Below are positions 60,699-64,000 of a DNA stretch of 64,000 nt, one piece after another. The translations under genes were made by a program, and so were the position numbers. Origin of the DNA: an uncultured Verrucomicrobiae bacterium (GTDB lineage Bacteria > Verrucomicrobiota > Verrucomicrobiia > Limisphaerales > Palsa-1400); assembly GCA_963707025.1 (NCBI GenBank), contig CAVPOM010000018.1:256001-320000 (forward strand), in the 5' to 3' direction. The number at the start of each line of letters is the position of its first letter. Position 1 is the first letter of the stretch. Under the pieces are notes generated by a model that worked only from the letters and a program-made list of their open reading frames with translations, made no database searches and was not told the origin of the DNA.

Positions 60699-61403
60699 CT
60701 ACTTGGTGATGAATTTAACGACGGCTTGGGTGCGCGACTGGACATGGAGCTTTTCATAGACCGTATGCAAATGGGCGCGCACGGTGCTCAGGCTGATGTG
60801 AAGCTGGTCGGCGATTTCCTTGTAAAGAAAACCCTTGGCCAGCAGCGCCAGTATCTCCTGCTCCCGCCGGGTCAGCTTTTCCATCTCGGAGGACGGCTTT
60901 TTGATTTGCTGGAAATGATTGACCAGTTTGCGCGCCACCGGCATGGACATGGGGGCGCCGCCGACCTGCACCTGTTCGACCGCCTGGATCAGCTCCCTGG
61001 GCGGCATGTTTTTGAGCAGGTAACCGCTGGCCCCCTGGCGCAGCGAATCAAAAATCAAATCGCTTTCCTCGTAGGTGGTCAGCATCAACACCTGCGTTTG
61101 CGGGAACTGCCGCTTCAATTTCGCCACGCATTCGATCCCGCTCATCCCCGGCAGGTTGATGTCCATCAGCACCACGTCCGGCGCTTCGCCGGGAATGAGG
61201 CGCAGCGCCTCTTCCCCGCTGGCGTGCGCGCCCACACAGCGCAAGGCCGGGGCGCGCCCCAGCAGCTCGGCCAGGCTTTCCCGGGTGCCGCGGTTGTCTT
61301 CCACGATGGAGACTTTGATGCGGGCAGTGTTCAAGGCAAGGTCAGCCTGCTCCCGTCCCGCCCCCGGCGCAATCGAACAAACGTTGGAGGCGGCAACGGT
61401 CAA
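60699..61403 (-). CDS. NarL/LuxR-family response regulator (start uncertain)
   Basis: IVED, LMDINLP, GYLLK; LTRREQEIL...YKEIADQL.IS..TV..H. Confidence 0.93.
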   Translation of the reverse strand: MTVAASNVCSIAPGAGREQADLALNTARIKVSIVEDNRGTRESLAELLGRAPALRCVGAHASGEEALRLIPGEAPDVVLMDINLPGMSGIECVAKLKRQFPQTQVLMLTTYEESDLIFDSLRQGASGYLLKNMPPRELIQAVEQVQVGGAPMSMPVARKLVNHFQQIKKPSSEMEKLTRREQEILALLAKGFLYKEIADQLHISLSTVRAHLHTVYEKLHVQSRTQAVVKFITK

Positions 61404-64000
61404 TCCCGCTCCCGCCAGATCACATCAAAGCTGACGCGTGTGCCGGCGCCGGGCTGGCTCTCGATGCGGCAACTGCCGCCTACCTCGGCCAGCCGCTGGC
61501 GCATGTTGCGCAACCCGTCCGCCAGCGCGTTTTCGGTGACGCCGGCAAAACCGTGGCCATTGTCCTCGATGGTGATGAGCAGCTTCTCCGGCGAGGCCTG
61601 GACCCTGACCCAGACTTCGCTGGCCTGGGCGTGTTTGACGATGTTGTGCAGGGCCTCCTTGACCGCCAGGAACAAGTTGTGGCGCTGGTCGGAGGACACC
61701 TCGCGCGGCGGCGGCTGCTCCGGAAAATCCAGCCGGCAGCGGATGCCCGCCACCCGCAGATAATCCAGCGCAAACTGTCCGGCGTAGTCCATGAGGTGGG
61801 CCAGCGTGTCGTTGCGCGGGTTGACCGCCCAGACGATTTCGTCCAGCGACTTGATGGCCTGCCGCGCCGTCGCCGAAATGGTTTCCGTCCGCTCCGCCGC
61901 CTTTTCCGGGCTGGCGTGGTCCTGCCCGGCCAATTCGCCGAGGAAGGCAATTTGCGTCAGGCTCGCGCCCAGGTCGTCGTGGATGTCCTTGGCGATGCGG
62001 GCCCGTTCCTGGTGGAGCGCGGACTGTTGTTCCAGCAGGCGCAGTTGCCGGCGCAGACGGCGGAAGGAAACGTAGCGCACGGCGGCGATGATGCCGAGGG
62101 TGAAGCCGCCGAGCAGCGCGCCGCGAAACCACCAGTTCTGCCAAAAAAACGGGGTGACGACCAGACTCAGCGCCGCGCCGGTTTCGTTCCAGACGCCGTT
62201 GTTGTTGCAAGCCTTGACCTGGAAGCGGTAGCGGCCCGGCGGCAGAGGGGGATAACTGACGCTCCTTCCCATTCTGTCCAAGTCTGCTTCCATCCATCCT
62301 TCATCGTAATTTTCCAGGCGGTATTGGAAGCGGACGTTTTCCGGGGCGGTGAAACTGAGCGCAGTGAAATCAATATCCAGCTTGCCAAGATTCGGCCCCA
62401 GCCGCAGCGGCGCGGCCGGTTGGCGCAGGTCCGCCAGGTCCGCCGGACATTTTTGGCGCAGCGGCGAACGGCTGTCGTAGAGCGCCACGGCCTGGCCGTC
62501 CACCGCCACCCGTTCGAGCAGGACCGGCGGGGCGGTGGCATTGGGCGGCAGGTTTTCCGCATGGACCACCGCCAGCCCGGTGCGCATTGGAAACCAGAGC
62601 CGCCCATCGCGCCCGTGCAACACGCCGGGGAAATTGTCGAAATTGGCCTGCAAGTTGGCCAGCCCTTCTCCCCGCCCGTGCAGCAGGCAGCGCACCGTCT
62701 TGCTTTTGTTGTCCGCGGCCTGCGCCAATTCCTCCAGCCGCGCCTGGAACAGGCCGCGGTTGCCGGCGCACCACAGCCAGCCCCGTCCGTCCGCCGCCAT
62801 CTGCGAAATATAATTGTCATTGAATCCCTGCTCCGTCGTGATGCGCGCGTAATGTCCGTCTTTCAACCTGCCCAAACCCCAGCCCGCATAGCCAATCCAC
62901 AGGCTCCCGTCGGGGGTGGCCTCCAGGCAGCGGATGGAGAGCAACTGCGCCGAGGTGCGGCCCGTTTCGCTGATGACTTGGTCCCCATGCACCCGAAAAA
63001 GCTGGCCGTCCGCGCTGCCCACCCAAACATCCCCGGCCAGGTCCTGCGCCATGGCCCGGAGGCTGCGCGCGGCGGAGGGAAAGTCCAGGATGTGCCAGTT
63101 CTTGCCCCGAAGCCGTTGCAACTGGTTGGGAGAATCGGTGGCCACCCAGACTTCCCCTGCCGGACTGACCAGGATGGAACGCACATTGGCGCTGGCCAAT
63201 CCATCCTCGGTCCGCCAGGCGCTCCATCGGTCGTTCTGCCAGCGCAACAAACCGTTCTCGCGCGTGCCCACCCAGACGCCGCCGGCGCCGTCCGCGGCCA
63301 CGCAGGTGGGATGGCCGCCCGGCCAGCCGGCCTGTTGGGAAACAATGGGCCAGACTCCCTCCGGCCCGCGCGCCAACAATCCATTTTGCGTGGTGATCCA
63401 AATCGCCCCACGCGCATCCTCGCAGACCGAGCGCACCGATTCAAACGGCAGGCCCTTCTCCGTGCCCAGCAACTCCACCGTGCTCGGGCGCAGGCGGTTC
63501 AAGCCGCCGCCCGCCGTCCCGGCCCAGATATTTCCCTCGCGATCCTCCAGCAGGCAGGTGATTTCGCGATGCGAGGTGCGCACCCATTCGTGGCTGGCTT
63601 TCTGGCAGCGGAACAATCCGTTGGCGGCGGTGCCGATCCAGACCGCTCCGGCGCGATCCTCCAGCAAGGCGGTCACCTCGTCGTGGGCCATTTCCGGCGG
63701 CAGTGCGGCAAACTCCTCCGGCCGGCCTCCGGCCTCAAATTGCCAGAGCTTCCCGCCCGAACAAATCCAAATGCCTCCCGCCCGCTTTGCGCCGATGCGC
63801 GTGACCGGGGCCGGGCAGTGCAGCAGAGTCTGCCATTTTTCATCCTGGTTCACGCCTACTTGGCGGTCTTTGCCGAACCAGAGCCGGCCTTGCGCGTCGG
63901 CCGCCAGCGAGCAGACGGCCGGGCCGGACGCGTCCCCGGGGAGTTGGCGGGTTTGCCCCCGCCCATTTTTGATCCGCGACACGCTGCCGTTGGCGTAGGC
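61400..64000 (-). CDS. Sensor histidine kinase with beta-propeller and Y_Y_Y domains, HisKA_3 (5' truncated)
   Basis: Repeated ED..G.IWIGT..GL blades, FQYRLE..D, GRYRFQV, ERARIAKDIHDDLG, DNGHGF. Confidence 0.93.
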   Translation of the reverse strand, partial: AYANGSVSRIKNGRGQTRQLPGDASGPAVCSLAADAQGRLWFGKDRQVGVNQDEKWQTLLHCPAPVTRIGAKRAGGIWICSGGKLWQFEAGGRPEEFAALPPEMAHDEVTALLEDRAGAVWIGTAANGLFRCQKASHEWVRTSHREITCLLEDREGNIWAGTAGGGLNRLRPSTVELLGTEKGLPFESVRSVCEDARGAIWITTQNGLLARGPEGVWPIVSQQAGWPGGHPTCVAADGAGGVWVGTRENGLLRWQNDRWSAWRTEDGLASANVRSILVSPAGEVWVATDSPNQLQRLRGKNWHILDFPSAARSLRAMAQDLAGDVWVGSADGQLFRVHGDQVISETGRTSAQLLSIRCLEATPDGSLWIGYAGWGLGRLKDGHYARITTEQGFNDNYISQMAADGRGWLWCAGNRGLFQARLEELAQAADNKSKTVRCLLHGRGEGLANLQANFDNFPGVLHGRDGRLWFPMRTGLAVVHAENLPPNATAPPVLLERVAVDGQAVALYDSRSPLRQKCPADLADLRQPAAPLRLGPNLGKLDIDFTALSFTAPENVRFQYRLENYDEGWMEADLDRMGRSVSYPPLPPGRYRFQVKACNNNGVWNETGAALSLVVTPFFWQNWWFRGALLGGFTLGIIAAVRYVSFRRLRRQLRLLEQQSALHQERARIAKDIHDDLGASLTQIAFLGELAGQDHASPEKAAERTETISATARQAIKSLDEIVWAVNPRNDTLAHLMDYAGQFALDYLRVAGIRCRLDFPEQPPPREVSSDQRHNLFLAVKEALHNIVKHAQASEVWVRVQASPEKLLITIEDNGHGFAGVTENALADGLRNMRQRLAEVGGSCRIESQPGAGTRVSFDVIWRERD

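Overview
GC-rich bacterial chromosome window. Gene content and repeat families suggest Verrucomicrobiota (Pedosphaera/Limisphaerales-like); this is inference. The window opens in the 3' part of an rRNA operon (23S, 5S, terminator). Housekeeping and envelope genes follow: tadA, NUDIX, Ser/Thr kinase, a MacAB-TolC-type efflux operon, NagD-like HAD, SDR, an ankyrin protein with a two-component system, LptF/G, rpsA, a DUF2089 operon, a TIGR03663-like glycosyltransferase, mntR/mntH, DUF3857-transglutaminase, parDE, two GH88/105 hydrolases, beta-propellers, NDH-2, a 1824-aa beta-strand-repeat surface protein, an ECF42-like/YciI module and a hybrid sensor/NarL pair. Three near-identical IS4-family elements each carry their own 9-bp target duplication. 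The most notable region is a nested accessory island at about 42.5-49.4 kb. It holds a decayed integron (canonical 60-bp attC, two nuclease-like cassette genes, a truncated divergent intI, and an IS4 in the probable attI), a rolling-circle Rep remnant, a GxxExxY nuclease gene bracketed by inverted 9-mer tandem repeats and split by IS4, and a TA pair. Separately, a 3.1-kb ECF/YciI/DHFR-like module is bracketed by 62-bp inverted repeats, with a TGTAACG repeat cluster about 360 bp further on. All product calls come from motif recognition by eye, not database searches.
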